Positions 47,325 through 57,368 of a stretch of 63,031 nucleotides of DNA are shown piece by piece. Every line of letters starts with the position of its first letter. The first letter of the stretch is position 1. Below the pieces are notes generated by a model, which was not told where the DNA came from, did no database searches, and saw only the letters and a program-made list of their open reading frames with translations. A program made the position numbers and the translations under genes. Source of the stretch: an uncultured Nitratifractor sp. Its GTDB lineage: Bacteria; Campylobacterota; Campylobacteria; Campylobacterales; Sulfurovaceae. The stretch spans positions 1-63,031 of the forward strand of contig CAZFCZ010000027.1 of the NCBI GenBank assembly GCA_964517485.1. The letters are read 5' to 3'.

Positions 47325-49046
47325 CTAGTATTTTCTTTCAGTAGGTTCAAACTTACCAAGTACAACTTCGCCATAGCTTAGTTCTAACTCGTAATCACCG
47401 CTAAATTTAGCATATGTGTGCTTTAAGAAGTTTTCGTCATCTCTTGTTGGGAAATCTTCTCTATAGTGTGCACCACGGCTCTCTTCTCTTGCTAGTGCGC
47501 CCTCTACAATAAATATAGAGAAGTCAATCATATGTCCTAGCTCGATTGCCTCTTGTAAGTCTGTGTTAAATGTTTTAGATTTATCATCGATTCTAATATT
47601 TTTATATCTGTCGTAAATCTCTTTTAATTTAGCTTTTTGTTTAGTTAAAGACTCTTTTGTTCTAAATACACCAGCGTCCATTGTCATAGACTCTTGTAGT
47701 TCAACTCTTAGGGCAGGAACTCTTTCGTTACCGTTGTTTGTTAAAGTCCAATTAACCTGGTCTATCATTCTTTGTGCATCTTCTTTAGTTGCTGGTAGTA
47801 GCTCTATTTTATCTATATCTTCTACCATTGACTCTCCAGATACTCTACCAAAGAATAGTGCCTCTAGTACCGAGTTTGCTCCAAGGCGGTTTGCACCATG
47901 TACACTTACACAACTACACTCTCCAGCAGCATAAAGCCCCTCTACAAACTCTGTTGGCGACTTTCTAACTTGTGTTCTTTTATCAACTGGTATACCACCC
48001 ATAGAGTAGTGTGCAGTTGCTGCAATCATAATTGGCTCTTTTAGCATATCTTGCCCTAAGAAAGTAATTGCTAAATCACGAAGTTCTGGTAGTTTAGTTA
48101 AAATTGTCTCTTTAGGTAGGTGAGTTAAATCTATATATACAGCATCTTTATTTGGGCCAACACCTCTACCTTGACGAATCTCTTCCATAATAGCACGGCT
48201 AACAACATCACGACTTGCAAGCTCCATAGCATTTGGAGCATACTTTTCCATAAAACGCTCGCCTTCGCTATTAAATAGTCTTCCGCCTTCTCCACGAGCT
48301 GCTTCTGATATTAATACACCACTTCCGCCAAGCCCACTTGGATGAAACTGAACAAACTCCATATCCTCAAGTGGTAACCCACGACGAGCAAAAATAGATA
48401 GTGCATCACCAGTATTTGCATGTGCGTTAGAGTTAATTTTATATGCTCTACCGTAACCACCTGTTGCAAACATTGTTACTTTAGCGTTAAAAATTGCTGG
48501 CTCGCTTGTTCTAATATTGTATGCTGCAATACCTTTTGCTTTGCCATCTTCGTATAGTACATCTGCACAGTACCACTCATCAAATACCTCTATACCAGCA
48601 CGAAATGCTTGTTCGTAAATTGTTTGAAGCAGTGTTAAACCAGTTCTATCTGATGCATAACACGCTCTTGGCTTGCTTTGTCCACCAAATGGTCTAATAG
48701 CAATTTTACCCTTTTCGTCACGGCTAAATACCGCACCCATTCTCTCTGCCCATCTAATTGTCTCAGGCGCTTTAGAACACATAAACTCAATAGCATCTTG
48801 GTCGCCTAAGTAGTCGCTACCCTTTACTGTATCGAACTCGTGTAGTTCTGTAGAATCATCTTCGCCTAAAGCCGCATTTATACCACCTTGTGCCGCACCA
48901 GAGTGGCTTCTAAGTGGATGTAGCTTTGTAATTACTGCTACTCTTTTACCTGCTTCGCTTAACTCTTTTGCTGCGGCAAGTCCTGCAAGACCAGCACCAA
49001 CAACAACTGCGTCGTATTCGTATATTTTAACATCGCTTAGCTGCAT
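47325..49046 (-). CDS. sdhA: succinate dehydrogenase/fumarate reductase flavoprotein subunit
   Basis: 573 aa. VVGAGLAGL at the extreme N-terminus (no twin-arginine leader), FAD-His region [25 protein letters not shown]. Confidence 0.95.
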   Translation of the reverse strand: MQLSDVKIYEYDAVVVGAGLAGLAAAKELSEAGKRVAVITKLHPLRSHSGAAQGGINAALGEDDSTELHEFDTVKGSDYLGDQDAIEFMCSKAPETIRWAERMGAVFSRDEKGKIAIRPFGGQSKPRACYASDRTGLTLLQTIYEQAFRAGIEVFDEWYCADVLYEDGKAKGIAAYNIRTSEPAIFNAKVTMFATGGYGRAYKINSNAHANTGDALSIFARRGLPLEDMEFVQFHPSGLGGSGVLISEAARGEGGRLFNSEGERFMEKYAPNAMELASRDVVSRAIMEEIRQGRGVGPNKDAVYIDLTHLPKETILTKLPELRDLAITFLGQDMLKEPIMIAATAHYSMGGIPVDKRTQVRKSPTEFVEGLYAAGECSCVSVHGANRLGANSVLEALFFGRVSGESMVEDIDKIELLPATKEDAQRMIDQVNWTLTNNGNERVPALRVELQESMTMDAGVFRTKESLTKQKAKLKEIYDRYKNIRIDDKSKTFNTDLQEAIELGHMIDFSIFIVEGALAREESRGAHYREDFPTRDDENFLKHTYAKFSGDYELELSYGEVVLGKFEPTERKY

Positions 49047-49150
49047 ATATAACCCTTAAAAATAATTTGCTTTATTATATTATTAAAGTTATATAAGTTA
49101 GATTAATACATAAATATTAAGCTTTACTTTTAATTTATCGTGTTGTATAG

Positions 49151-50365
49151 TTACATTAAATAGTCAAAATTTTCTTCGCTTAGTATAGAAGCAAATTCTA
49201 CTATCTTAATAGTGCTACCATTTGTTATATTTTCGCATGTTTCGTTAAAGAGTGCAATAGCATTAGACTCTACTAATGGTGTTACCATTCCCGAGCCATA
49301 TTTATTGTTTTTATATGGGCTAAATGTGCCATTTTTGTAAGTTCCTAGTACAATATTTACTCTATTTGGCTTTAACTTTAGCGTTGTAGAAATTTTTGCC
49401 TCTTTAGTAGAGAAGAAAATATCTTTTGCCCCTTGGCTTTTTAATATTATAGGTAAACCTAAAATTATAATATGCATAATTGCAGCAAGCGGATTACCAG
49501 GCATTGCCATAACAAATGTAGTGCCAATTTTACCCATCAAAGTAGGGTGCCCGGGCTTAACTTTTATACCATGAAAAATCTCTTTAAAACCATTTTGCAA
49601 TAGCGCCTCTTTTGTAAAGTCGGCATCGCCAACACTAACACCACCTGTAGTAATAATAATATTATAGTTGTCTAATTTTCTAAAAAACTCTATAGATTCC
49701 TCTAGATTATCTGGCAATACACCCAAATACTCAGACTTTATAGAGTGTGCTAAAAGGTGCGATTTAATATTAATACCGTTTATATTATATAGCTCATCGC
49801 TTGTTGCATCTTCGCCTGGCTCTTTAAGCTCGCTACCAGTTGCAATTATAGCAATTTTTAACTCTTTAAAACACTCTACCTCTACAATGCCTTGCGATGC
49901 AAGCAGAGCAATTTTAGAAGCACTTAGTCTATCGCCACTTTTAACTATAAGGCTACTCTTTTGCAACTCTTCTCCCATTAGCCTAATTGCACTACCTTTT
50001 TTAATAGGCTTTAGCACCTTTACACTACCATTAGATACTTCGCATATCTCTATTGGAGCAATTGTATCGCAATCGTTTGGAACTTTTGCTCCTGTCATAA
50101 TTTTATAGCACTCGTTTTGCTTTAGGTTAGGCTCTACAATATCGCCTGCTAAAATCTTAGCTATAATCTTTAGAGGGCTATTAATATCGCTATATTTAAA
50201 TGCAAAGCCGTCCATTGCTGAGTTGTTGTATGGGGGTAGGGCTCGTAGTGCATATATATCTTTAGATACAACTCTATTTAGTGCATCTTCTATATTTACT
50301 AACTCTGTATCTTTAATTTGCTCTACATTTTCTAGCGCTAACTCTAAGGCTTTTGCGTACTTCAT
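49151..50365 (-). CDS. moeA: molybdopterin molybdenumtransferase MoeA
   Basis: 404 aa. Motifs PPYNNSAMDGFA and TTGGVSVGDADF. Confidence 0.9.
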   Translation of the reverse strand: MKYAKALELALENVEQIKDTELVNIEDALNRVVSKDIYALRALPPYNNSAMDGFAFKYSDINSPLKIIAKILAGDIVEPNLKQNECYKIMTGAKVPNDCDTIAPIEICEVSNGSVKVLKPIKKGSAIRLMGEELQKSSLIVKSGDRLSASKIALLASQGIVEVECFKELKIAIIATGSELKEPGEDATSDELYNINGINIKSHLLAHSIKSEYLGVLPDNLEESIEFFRKLDNYNIIITTGGVSVGDADFTKEALLQNGFKEIFHGIKVKPGHPTLMGKIGTTFVMAMPGNPLAAIMHIIILGLPIILKSQGAKDIFFSTKEAKISTTLKLKPNRVNIVLGTYKNGTFSPYKNNKYGSGMVTPLVESNAIALFNETCENITNGSTIKIVEFASILSEENFDYLM

Positions 50366-50484
50366 AGTAATAAACTCCGTTTTTTATTTAGATTTTAACA
50401 TATTTTGTATATTTATTACAATTTAAAGCTAATTTAATAAAAATTTAAGCTAAAGTCGTGTAGAATTGCGCCCACAAACCAAAT

Positions 50485-50575
50485 GGACAGTTGGGTGAGT
50501 TGGCTGAAACCACACCCCTGCTAAGGGTGCGTACTCGAAAGGGTACCGAGGGTTCGAATCCCTCACTGTCCGCCA
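50485..50575 (+). tRNA. tRNA-Ser (anticodon GCU)
   Basis: Hand-folded cloverleaf. Acceptor GGACAGT/ACTGTCC plus G plus encoded CCA. D stem GGT/ACC. Anticodon stem CACCC/GGGTG with loop CTGCTAA. Long variable arm GTACTC-gaaa-GGGTAC. T arm GAGGG-TTCGAAT-CCCTC. Confidence 0.92.
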
Positions 50576-50911
50576 TCCTTAATTTACAAATTCAAAAATT
50601 AAACTATTTAGTTAAAATAGTTCTATGTAGTTAGTAACTTTTAAAATAAGATTATAAGAACTTAAAGCACTTAGAACAAACTTTAAGCATCATATATAAG
50701 TGTATAAAAAACATCATTATGAATATGAACTATAATGGACAATGTCCAAAAGAACTCAAATAAAAGCTCTAAAAAATATGAAAAGTTAAATATTGAGTTT
50801 TTTTAGACACTAAATATAAACAATTATAAAATTTTTTTTATTTTTCATTTAAAAATAATCTCTAAAACGATATTATCATAAAATTTAAGTTAAAAGTATA
50901 AGGATTAGTAT

Positions 50912-51877
50912 ATGGCGGTAAAAGATGGGTCGTCTCTAAATGAAGATGTAGTAGTTTTTGATTGTACTATTCGTGATGGCGGATTAGTAAATAATTATCA
51001 TTTTAGTGATGAGTTTATTAAGGGTGTTTATGAAACTTGCGTAAAAGCTGGAGTTGATTATATGGAGATTGGTAAAAATAACTCTCCAACACTTATGAGT
51101 ACCGATGAGTTTGGAAAATGGAACTTTTCTAAAGAAGAAGATATTAGAAAAATTGTAGGTAATAACGATACTAACTTAAAAATAGCAGTAATGTCAGATA
51201 TAGGCAGAACTGTAAAAGAGGAGCTATTACCTAAAAAAGACTCTGTTGTAGATATGATTAGAATTGCTACATATGTACACCAACTACCAGAGGCGATAGA
51301 GCTTATACAAGAGGCTCACGAAAAAGGTTATGAAACTACTGTAAATGTTATGGCTGTAGCAAAATCGACTGACGAAGAGATAGATAGAGTATTAGAGGAG
51401 TTATCTAAAACTAATGTAGATGTTATATATTTAGCCGATACATTTGGTTCGTACTACCCAGAAGATATTGCAAGATTATCTAAAAAATATTGTGATGTTG
51501 CAAATAAGAGCGGCAAAAGGGTAGGAATTCATGCACATAATAATATACAGTTAGGATTTGCAAACACAATAGAAGCTAAGAAAAATGGTGTAGAGTTTTT
51601 AGATTGTACAATCTCTGGCCTTGGTAGGGGTGCTGGTAACTGTGCTATGGAGTTATTGTTAACTTATCTTAATAATCCAAAATATAAGCAACTTCCTGTT
51701 TTAGAATTTATTCAAGAGCATATAGTAGCGCTAGAAAAAGAGCTAGATTGGGGATATAGCATACCATATATGATTACAGGGCAATTAATAGAGCACCCAA
51801 GAAGTGCAATAAAAGCAAGAGAAGAAAATAACACTCAATATGTTGAATTTTATAAATCTTTAGCATCAAAAGAGTAG
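50912..51877 (+). CDS. HMGL-like (DRE-TIM) aldolase / pyruvate carboxyltransferase family protein
   Basis: 321 aa. Motifs FDCTIRDGG, GIHAHNNIQLGFANTIEA, SGLGRGAGNCAMELL. Confidence 0.75.
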   Translation: MAVKDGSSLNEDVVVFDCTIRDGGLVNNYHFSDEFIKGVYETCVKAGVDYMEIGKNNSPTLMSTDEFGKWNFSKEEDIRKIVGNNDTNLKIAVMSDIGRTVKEELLPKKDSVVDMIRIATYVHQLPEAIELIQEAHEKGYETTVNVMAVAKSTDEEIDRVLEELSKTNVDVIYLADTFGSYYPEDIARLSKKYCDVANKSGKRVGIHAHNNIQLGFANTIEAKKNGVEFLDCTISGLGRGAGNCAMELLLTYLNNPKYKQLPVLEFIQEHIVALEKELDWGYSIPYMITGQLIEHPRSAIKAREENNTQYVEFYKSLASKE

Positions 51878-51901
51878 TGTAAATTTAGTAAAAATATTAA
51901 A

Positions 51902-51919
51902 TACCCGCCCTTGCGGGTA
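51902..51919 (+). terminator. GC-rich hairpin after the aldolase gene
   Basis: TACCCGC-cctt-GCGGGTA lies 25 nt after the stop. It has no clear T-tract, so terminator function is uncertain. Confidence 0.4.
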
Positions 51920-52075
51920 AATATAGTTGATAGATTTTAAAGCAAAAACTTTTTGTATTTTCTAACTAAATATACTAGCATAAAAAAACTGCATTATAAA
52001 TAAAGCAATTTGTCCACTTTAGAGTTGCTTTTAAATTACAAATATAGCAATAACTAATATACAAATAAACTAATT

Positions 52076-52103
52076 AACCACTAGCTACTTCTAACTAGTG
52101 GTT
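52076..52103 (-). terminator. candidate intrinsic terminator after rpiB
   Basis: 9 bp stem AACCACTAG/CTAGTGGTT with a 10 nt loop, 5 nt after the rpiB stop. The minus strand continues AATTAGTTTATTT. Confidence 0.5.
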
Positions 52104-52108
52104 ATATT

Positions 52109-52549
52109 TTAGTTATTCTCTATTGCCATTATTTTTTCTACTCTGCCTTCGTGGCGTCCACCTTCTGGCTGAGTATTTAAGAATGCGTCTATAACGCTTT
52201 CTACTGTACCTAGCCCTAGTACTCTTTCGCCAAAGCATAGAATTTGTGCTTCGTTGTGAGCTCTTGCCATTGCTGCTGTGTATGCGTCGTGGCATAGGGC
52301 TGCGCGAACACCAGTTACTTTATTTGCAGCTATAGACATACCAATACCTGTACCGCAAATTAGTATTCCAAAGCTTCCTTTGTCGGCTTTTACTACATTT
52401 GCACACTTTTGAGCGTAGTCTGGGTAGTCTACTCTGTCGGTGCTATATGGACCTAGGTCTTCTACTTCTATATCTCTTGCTTCTAATATTTTCTTAACTG
52501 CATCTTTGTAGTTAATTCCTGCGTGGTCTGTTGCTATGTAAAATTTCAT
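52109..52549 (-). CDS. rpiB: ribose-5-phosphate isomerase B
   Basis: I prefer the ATG at 52549 (AAGGAAA RBS), giving MKFYIATDHAG. The ORF-track start would overlap the upstream gene. Motif CGTGIGMSIAANK. Confidence 0.9.
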   Translation of the reverse strand: MKFYIATDHAGINYKDAVKKILEARDIEVEDLGPYSTDRVDYPDYAQKCANVVKADKGSFGILICGTGIGMSIAANKVTGVRAALCHDAYTAAMARAHNEAQILCFGERVLGLGTVESVIDAFLNTQPEGGRHEGRVEKIMAIENN

Positions 52550-52563
52550 TATTTTCCTTTGTG

Positions 52564-53211
52564 TTATATTATTAAATCTAAAATCCAACCAACTGGCATA
52601 AACAAAATATTTGATAGTTGTGGTATAAATAGTATACCAAATAGAACTAACATTCCGTAAGGGTAGATTTTTTCGTAAATCTCTACAACTTTATACCACT
52701 TTAGCTTTTGTGCTAAATTTACTAGAGCTAAAGATCCATCTAGCGGTGGTATTGGCCATAGATTAAATACTGCTAAAACTACATTTATCATTATACTTTG
52801 TGCAATAAATAGTGTAAAGAAAGCTGTAGTTAAATCTTGTGGATTTGTAAATAGTGGCATTAGTGTTGCAAAAAATAGTGCTAAAATTAGGTTATATGTA
52901 ATACCAGCTAGCGCAACTGCAATTGCGCCGTTGTGGCCGCCATTTCTAATAACAGTTGGCATATTTACTGGTACTGGTTTTGCCCAGCCAAATAGAAATG
53001 GTGCATTTGTAAAGTAGAGTACTGCTGGTATTAAAATAGTTCCTACAAGGTCAACATGTACAATTGGGTTTATACTTAGCCGTCCTTGATTTTTTGCAGT
53101 TGTATCGCCATATCTGTATGCGATATATCCGTGCATTATTTCGTGCCCTATAATAGCAACGGCTAGTGCTAAAATAGAGGCAATAACTTTTAGTATCTCA
53201 ATTTCGCTCAT
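52564..53211 (-). CDS. M50/site-2 protease family membrane metalloprotease
   Basis: 215 aa polytopic protein with HEIMHG (HExxH) in TM1 and a downstream PLDG motif. Confidence 0.8.
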   Translation of the reverse strand: MSEIEILKVIASILALAVAIIGHEIMHGYIAYRYGDTTAKNQGRLSINPIVHVDLVGTILIPAVLYFTNAPFLFGWAKPVPVNMPTVIRNGGHNGAIAVALAGITYNLILALFFATLMPLFTNPQDLTTAFFTLFIAQSIMINVVLAVFNLWPIPPLDGSLALVNLAQKLKWYKVVEIYEKIYPYGMLVLFGILFIPQLSNILFMPVGWILDLII

Positions 53212-54167
53212 CTTATTGGCTTCTCGTATTGCATGTTGTCAATGTTTCTAAATACTCTGTCCCATCTAATGCTAAAGCGGTATCTATTCCATTTTGCTTC
53301 GCACTCTTTAGATAGTAGCTTGCTATTGCCACACACCTTTTTTAACATTTGGTGGTCGCGCCCTCCGCCTATGCCTTTAGCTACACGCTCAAAGCTTCTG
53401 TACTCTAGACTAAACCATGTAAACCAAGGCTTACCTATAATTAAAGAGTATGGTACTTCGCCCCAGAAACGGCTATCGTCTGAGTTGTCGCGATTGTCAC
53501 CAATCATATAGAAGTGGTCTTTGCTAATTTTTTTATAAAATGCGTTCATCGGCTTAACATCGTAGCCACCAACTGGCGCTTCTAAGCCCTCAATATATAC
53601 TGGTTTCATATCTATTTTGTTTTGGTTAAACTGCATTAGCATAAAGCTGTTGCCTTCGTACTCTGGCTGATACTGAATACCTGGGTATCTATTTTTATAA
53701 GGATTATCTACCCACAATTTACCCATAGCTTTTACAATTTTCTCTTTTGGATAATTTTTTTCTATAAAGTTATCGCCTTCGTGAAAGTGAATTAATAGGT
53801 GCTTATCGTAGTATAAAATTTCGTCGCCACCTACTGCTACACATCTTTTAACAAAGTGTTGTTTTTTGTTTGTAGGTACATAAAAAATTACTATATCTTC
53901 TCTTTGGGGGCGAGAGCCTTCTATTAAGTGCCCATTGCCATTAAAATCTGGTAGTACTTTTACGCCAACAATTGGAATTTCTGGAATTGTTATACCGTAG
54001 CTAAATTTTTTAGCAAATAAAAAATCGCCAATTAGTAGTGTTCTCTTCATCGAGCCACTTGGTATTACAAAAGATTGTAAACCAAAAAATATAACTACTA
54101 AAACAATAAGTATAGTACCAGTCCAACTTGTAGAGAAGTTGTATAGTCTGTTTAAAAAGTTTTTCAT
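53208..54167 (-). CDS. lepB: signal peptidase I
   Basis: 319 aa. N-terminal TM, catalytic Ser region IPSGSMKRTL, Lys region VKRCVAVGGD, GDNRDNSDDSRFWG. Confidence 0.87.
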   Translation of the reverse strand: MKNFLNRLYNFSTSWTGTILIVLVVIFFGLQSFVIPSGSMKRTLLIGDFLFAKKFSYGITIPEIPIVGVKVLPDFNGNGHLIEGSRPQREDIVIFYVPTNKKQHFVKRCVAVGGDEILYYDKHLLIHFHEGDNFIEKNYPKEKIVKAMGKLWVDNPYKNRYPGIQYQPEYEGNSFMLMQFNQNKIDMKPVYIEGLEAPVGGYDVKPMNAFYKKISKDHFYMIGDNRDNSDDSRFWGEVPYSLIIGKPWFTWFSLEYRSFERVAKGIGGGRDHQMLKKVCGNSKLLSKECEAKWNRYRFSIRWDRVFRNIDNMQYEKPIR

Positions 54168-55009
54168 TTATCTCTTCTTTTTGCTGCAATTAGTGTGTTT
54201 TGTAAAAGCATAGCAATTGTCATTGGTCCAACACCACCTGGCACTGGCGTAATAAAGCTGCATTTTTTAGATACATTATCAAAGTCAACATCGCCAACGA
54301 GTTTACCACTCTCTAGCCTATTAATACCTATATCTATAACTATTGCTCCCTCTTTTACCATATCTTCTTTAATTAAATTTGGCACACCAACACCTACTAC
54401 TACAATGTCTGCTTTTTTCGTATGAGAGCTTAAGTCTTTTGTGTAGATGTGTGTAATTGTAACTGTTGCATTTTCGTTTAATAAAAGCGCAGCCATTGGC
54501 TTACCAACAATATTGCTAGCACCAACTACACACACATCTTTGCCCTTTAGGTCTATATTGTACTCTTTAAACATCTCCATTACGCCTACTGGTGTGCAGG
54601 GTGCAAAAGCATCTAGGTTCTCTACAACTCTACCCATATTGTAAGGATGAAAGCCATCAACATCTTTTTTAGGGTCTATAACTTCTAAAATTTTAGTAGT
54701 GTCAATATGCTCTGGTAGGGGTAGTTGAACTAATATACCATCTATTCTTGGATTGTCGTTCATCATCTGTATTGTCTCTACTATCTCTTGTTGAGTAATT
54801 GTATCTGGCATCTTGTGTACAATTGAGTAAAAGCCTACATTTTTACAAGATTTCTCTTTCATAGAAACATATGTGTGGCTTGCTGGGTCGTCGCCAACTA
54901 GAATTACCGCAAGCCCTGGTACTACGCCATCGCTTTTAAGTTCTTGAACCTCTTTTGATATCTCTTGTTCTATTTTTTTTGATAATTTTTTACCATCTAT
55001 TAGTGTCAT
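54164..55009 (-). CDS. folD: bifunctional methylenetetrahydrofolate dehydrogenase/cyclohydrolase FolD
   Basis: 281 aa. Motifs ILVGDDPASHTYV, VQLPLP, PVPGGVGPMT. Confidence 0.95.
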   Translation of the reverse strand: MTLIDGKKLSKKIEQEISKEVQELKSDGVVPGLAVILVGDDPASHTYVSMKEKSCKNVGFYSIVHKMPDTITQQEIVETIQMMNDNPRIDGILVQLPLPEHIDTTKILEVIDPKKDVDGFHPYNMGRVVENLDAFAPCTPVGVMEMFKEYNIDLKGKDVCVVGASNIVGKPMAALLLNENATVTITHIYTKDLSSHTKKADIVVVGVGVPNLIKEDMVKEGAIVIDIGINRLESGKLVGDVDFDNVSKKCSFITPVPGGVGPMTIAMLLQNTLIAAKRRDK

Positions 55010-55069
55010 ACTAACCCTTTATTTTAAAGAATTTGGGTATTATATCTAAAAAAAGATTAGGGGTCTCAT

Positions 55070-55552
55070 TTGAAAATTTGGTTTATATTAATTGTTAGCA
55101 CAATTTATGCCCTTAGCGAAGATTTTATATCGGAATTCGAGTATGGACAAATGTTGTACAAAGACCCACGAGGTGTAAGCTGTGCTAGTTGCCATGCCGA
55201 TTTAGGTGAGGGGGCTTTTATTGCATCTTTTAAAAACAAAGATGGTTTAGAGATTAAATTTAATGGTCCAGATATTAGGGCTTTAGATATTAATAGTTTT
55301 AAAAAAGCTATTAGTAAGGGTGGGCGTATAATGCCAAAGTACTACCTAACTAAAAAAGAGGTAGAGGCGATTTTTAAGTATATTAAAATTGTAAATAATT
55401 ACGAAAAATCAAAAGAGAGCAAAGAGAATAACGGTACTAATTTACCAGAAGTTGTTGTAGATACAAATTATACTTTAGAAGAGAGTAATCAAACTAGCAG
55501 TAACAATACACTTTTGGGTAAAATATTTAAAACCAAACCAAAGGAGCAGTAA
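55070..55552 (+). CDS. monohaem c-type cytochrome (periplasmic)
   Basis: 160 aa with a TTG start after AGGGG. Signal peptide, single CASCH haem site, candidate Met ligand in GGRIMPKY, S/N/E/K-rich tail. Confidence 0.75.
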   Translation: MKIWFILIVSTIYALSEDFISEFEYGQMLYKDPRGVSCASCHADLGEGAFIASFKNKDGLEIKFNGPDIRALDINSFKKAISKGGRIMPKYYLTKKEVEAIFKYIKIVNNYEKSKESKENNGTNLPEVVVDTNYTLEESNQTSSNNTLLGKIFKTKPKEQ

Positions 55553-56787
55553 TGGAAGATTTTTTAGTAAAAGCAAAAGAGAGTAGCTCTATTATAGCTA
55601 CAATGCCAAGTGCATTAAAAAAAGATATATTAAATAGTATGGCTGATAGTTTGGAGCTAAATGCCGCATATATTATAGAAGAAAATGCAAAAGATATGCA
55701 AAATGCAAAAGATATGAACCTAAGTAGCGCAATGGTAGATAGACTGCTTTTAGATACCAAAAGAGTAGAAGCTATGGCAAATTCGCTAAGAGAGATTGCA
55801 ATATTAAAAGAGCCAGTAGGTAGAATACTAGATGGCTGGTGGACAGACGATAATATTAGAATAGAGAAGGTATCTGTACCTATTGGTGTTGTTGGTGTAA
55901 TATACGAGTCTCGTCCAAATGTTACAGCAGATGTTGGGGCATTGTGTTTTAAAAGTGGTAATGTCGCAATTTTAAAAGGTGGTAAAGAGGCAGAAAATTC
56001 TAATAAGGCAATTGCAAAAGTGCTACAAGATGTTTTAGTAAGCCATAACTTACCAAAAGAGATTATTTCTCTTCTACCAGATAGCTCAAGAGAGGGTGTT
56101 TCTTACCTAATTAAGCAAGATAACTATGTAGATTTAATTGTTCCAAGAGGTGGAGAGGCCTTAATTAAGTATGTATCGGCTAACGCTTCGGTACCTGTTG
56201 TTAAGCACGATAAGGGGCTTTGTCATACATATATACATCAGAGTGCAGATATTGATATGGCAATTAAAATTGCAATTAATGCAAAATGCCAAAGACCAGG
56301 CGTTTGTAACGCACTAGAGACACTAATTGTAGATAAAGCAATTGCAAAAGAGGCATTACCAAGACTAAAAGAGGCTTTCGATAAAGAGCATACCGAGCTT
56401 AGAGCAGATGCCTTTGCACAAGATATTATAGATGTTAAAGAGGCAACGCAAGAAGATTTTGATACAGAGTATTTAGCAAATATTTTAAGTATTAAAATGG
56501 TAGATAACCTAGATGAAGCAATAGAGCATATTGCAAAGTATGGCTCTGGGCACTCAGAGGCAATAATTACACAAGATTATAATGCAAGCGAAGAGTTTTT
56601 AAATAGGGTAGATGCATCTACTGTATATGTTAATGCATCTACAAGATTTACAGATGGTGGGGCTTTTGGTTTTGGTGCAGAGGTAGGTATATCTACAAAC
56701 AAACTTCATGCTAGAGGGCCAATGGGAATAAACGAACTAACTACATATAAGTATAAAATTTACGGCACAGGGCAAATTAGAAGTTAA
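55552..56787 (+). CDS. proA: gamma-glutamyl phosphate reductase
   Basis: 411 aa with TAATG overlap to the cytochrome gene. Motifs IYESRPNVT, PGVCNALETLIV (catalytic Cys), GSGHSEAIIT. Confidence 0.95.
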   Translation: MEDFLVKAKESSSIIATMPSALKKDILNSMADSLELNAAYIIEENAKDMQNAKDMNLSSAMVDRLLLDTKRVEAMANSLREIAILKEPVGRILDGWWTDDNIRIEKVSVPIGVVGVIYESRPNVTADVGALCFKSGNVAILKGGKEAENSNKAIAKVLQDVLVSHNLPKEIISLLPDSSREGVSYLIKQDNYVDLIVPRGGEALIKYVSANASVPVVKHDKGLCHTYIHQSADIDMAIKIAINAKCQRPGVCNALETLIVDKAIAKEALPRLKEAFDKEHTELRADAFAQDIIDVKEATQEDFDTEYLANILSIKMVDNLDEAIEHIAKYGSGHSEAIITQDYNASEEFLNRVDASTVYVNASTRFTDGGAFGFGAEVGISTNKLHARGPMGINELTTYKYKIYGTGQIRS

Positions 56788-56789
56788 GC

Positions 56790-57365
56790 ATGAATAACGA
56801 TATAGCATTAGATATTAGCAACTTAACATTTGGATATAGCGATAAACTTTTATTAAAAGATTTTAATTTAAGGCTTAAAGTAGGAGAGCTAGTAGCTATT
56901 GTTGGTAAGAGTGGTTCGGGAAAATCGACACTGTTAGAGCTAATTGCAAATAATTTAAAGCCAAATAGTGGTAAAATTAGCGCATCTAAAATTGGATGGA
57001 TTTTTCAAGACCCATATAGCTCTTTTCATCCGTCGTATAGTATTTTGCAACAGATATTAGAAGTTGCAACCAATAAAGAGTATAATAACTATTTAGAGAG
57101 ATTATCTCTAACACAAGAGAATTTAGAGGCATTGCCACACGAGCTTTCTGGTGGGCAGTTGCAAAGGTGTAGTATTTTAAGAGCGCTACTTATGAAGCCT
57201 AAACTACTTCTTTGTGACGAACCAACTAGTGCACTAGATAATGTAGTGCAGTTAGATACAATGAAGCTACTAATCTCTTTACTAGATGAGATGGCAATTG
57301 TATTAATAACGCACGATAAAGATTTAGCAAAATGGGCAGCAGATAAAATAGTAACTATTGGATAA
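56790..57365 (+). CDS. orphan short ABC transporter ATP-binding protein (Dpp/Opp-type NBD)
   Basis: 191 aa. Walker A GKSGSGKST, FQDPYSSFHP, signature LSGGQLQR, Walker B LLLCDEPTSALD, H-loop ITHD. No permease or binding protein gene nearby. Confidence 0.8.
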   Translation: MNNDIALDISNLTFGYSDKLLLKDFNLRLKVGELVAIVGKSGSGKSTLLELIANNLKPNSGKISASKIGWIFQDPYSSFHPSYSILQQILEVATNKEYNNYLERLSLTQENLEALPHELSGGQLQRCSILRALLMKPKLLLCDEPTSALDNVVQLDTMKLLISLLDEMAIVLITHDKDLAKWAADKIVTIG

Positions 57366-57368
57366 AAA

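Noticed and set aside
45441-49046. The visibly less AT-rich sdh/frd operon as horizontally acquired DNA.
   Set aside because: Highly conserved and highly expressed respiratory genes commonly show higher GC and biased codon use. No mobility genes or repeats flank it, and the flanking genes are core. I could not compute composition statistics by hand.
50719-50763. 14-codon ORF (MNMNYNGQCPKELK) in the spacer upstream of the aldolase gene, overlapping the TGGACA-A-TGTCCA palindrome.
   Set aside because: There is no Shine-Dalgarno sequence upstream. The length and composition are expected by chance in AT-rich DNA.
50485-52108. An integrative element inserted at tRNA-Ser.
   Set aside because: There is no integrase or recombinase gene. 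I found no direct repeat of the tRNA 3' end (…TCGAATCCCTCACTGTCCGCCA) downstream of the aldolase gene. At most this is a remnant, so it is reported only as a low-interest islet.
52113-52295. 60 aa R/S-rich ORF on the minus strand inside rpiB, in another frame.
   Set aside because: It overlaps the well-supported rpiB frame completely and has Arg-rich out-of-frame composition with no RBS.
55682-55716. 17 nt direct repeat with an 18 nt period (AAAATGCAAAAGATATG twice) in proA, giving NAKDMQNAKDM.
   Set aside because: It is in frame. The segment appears to align without a gap to the corresponding N-terminal helix of other ProA proteins as I remember them (…[21 protein letters not shown]… in E. 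coli). It is therefore not an insertion or slippage product, just internal similarity.
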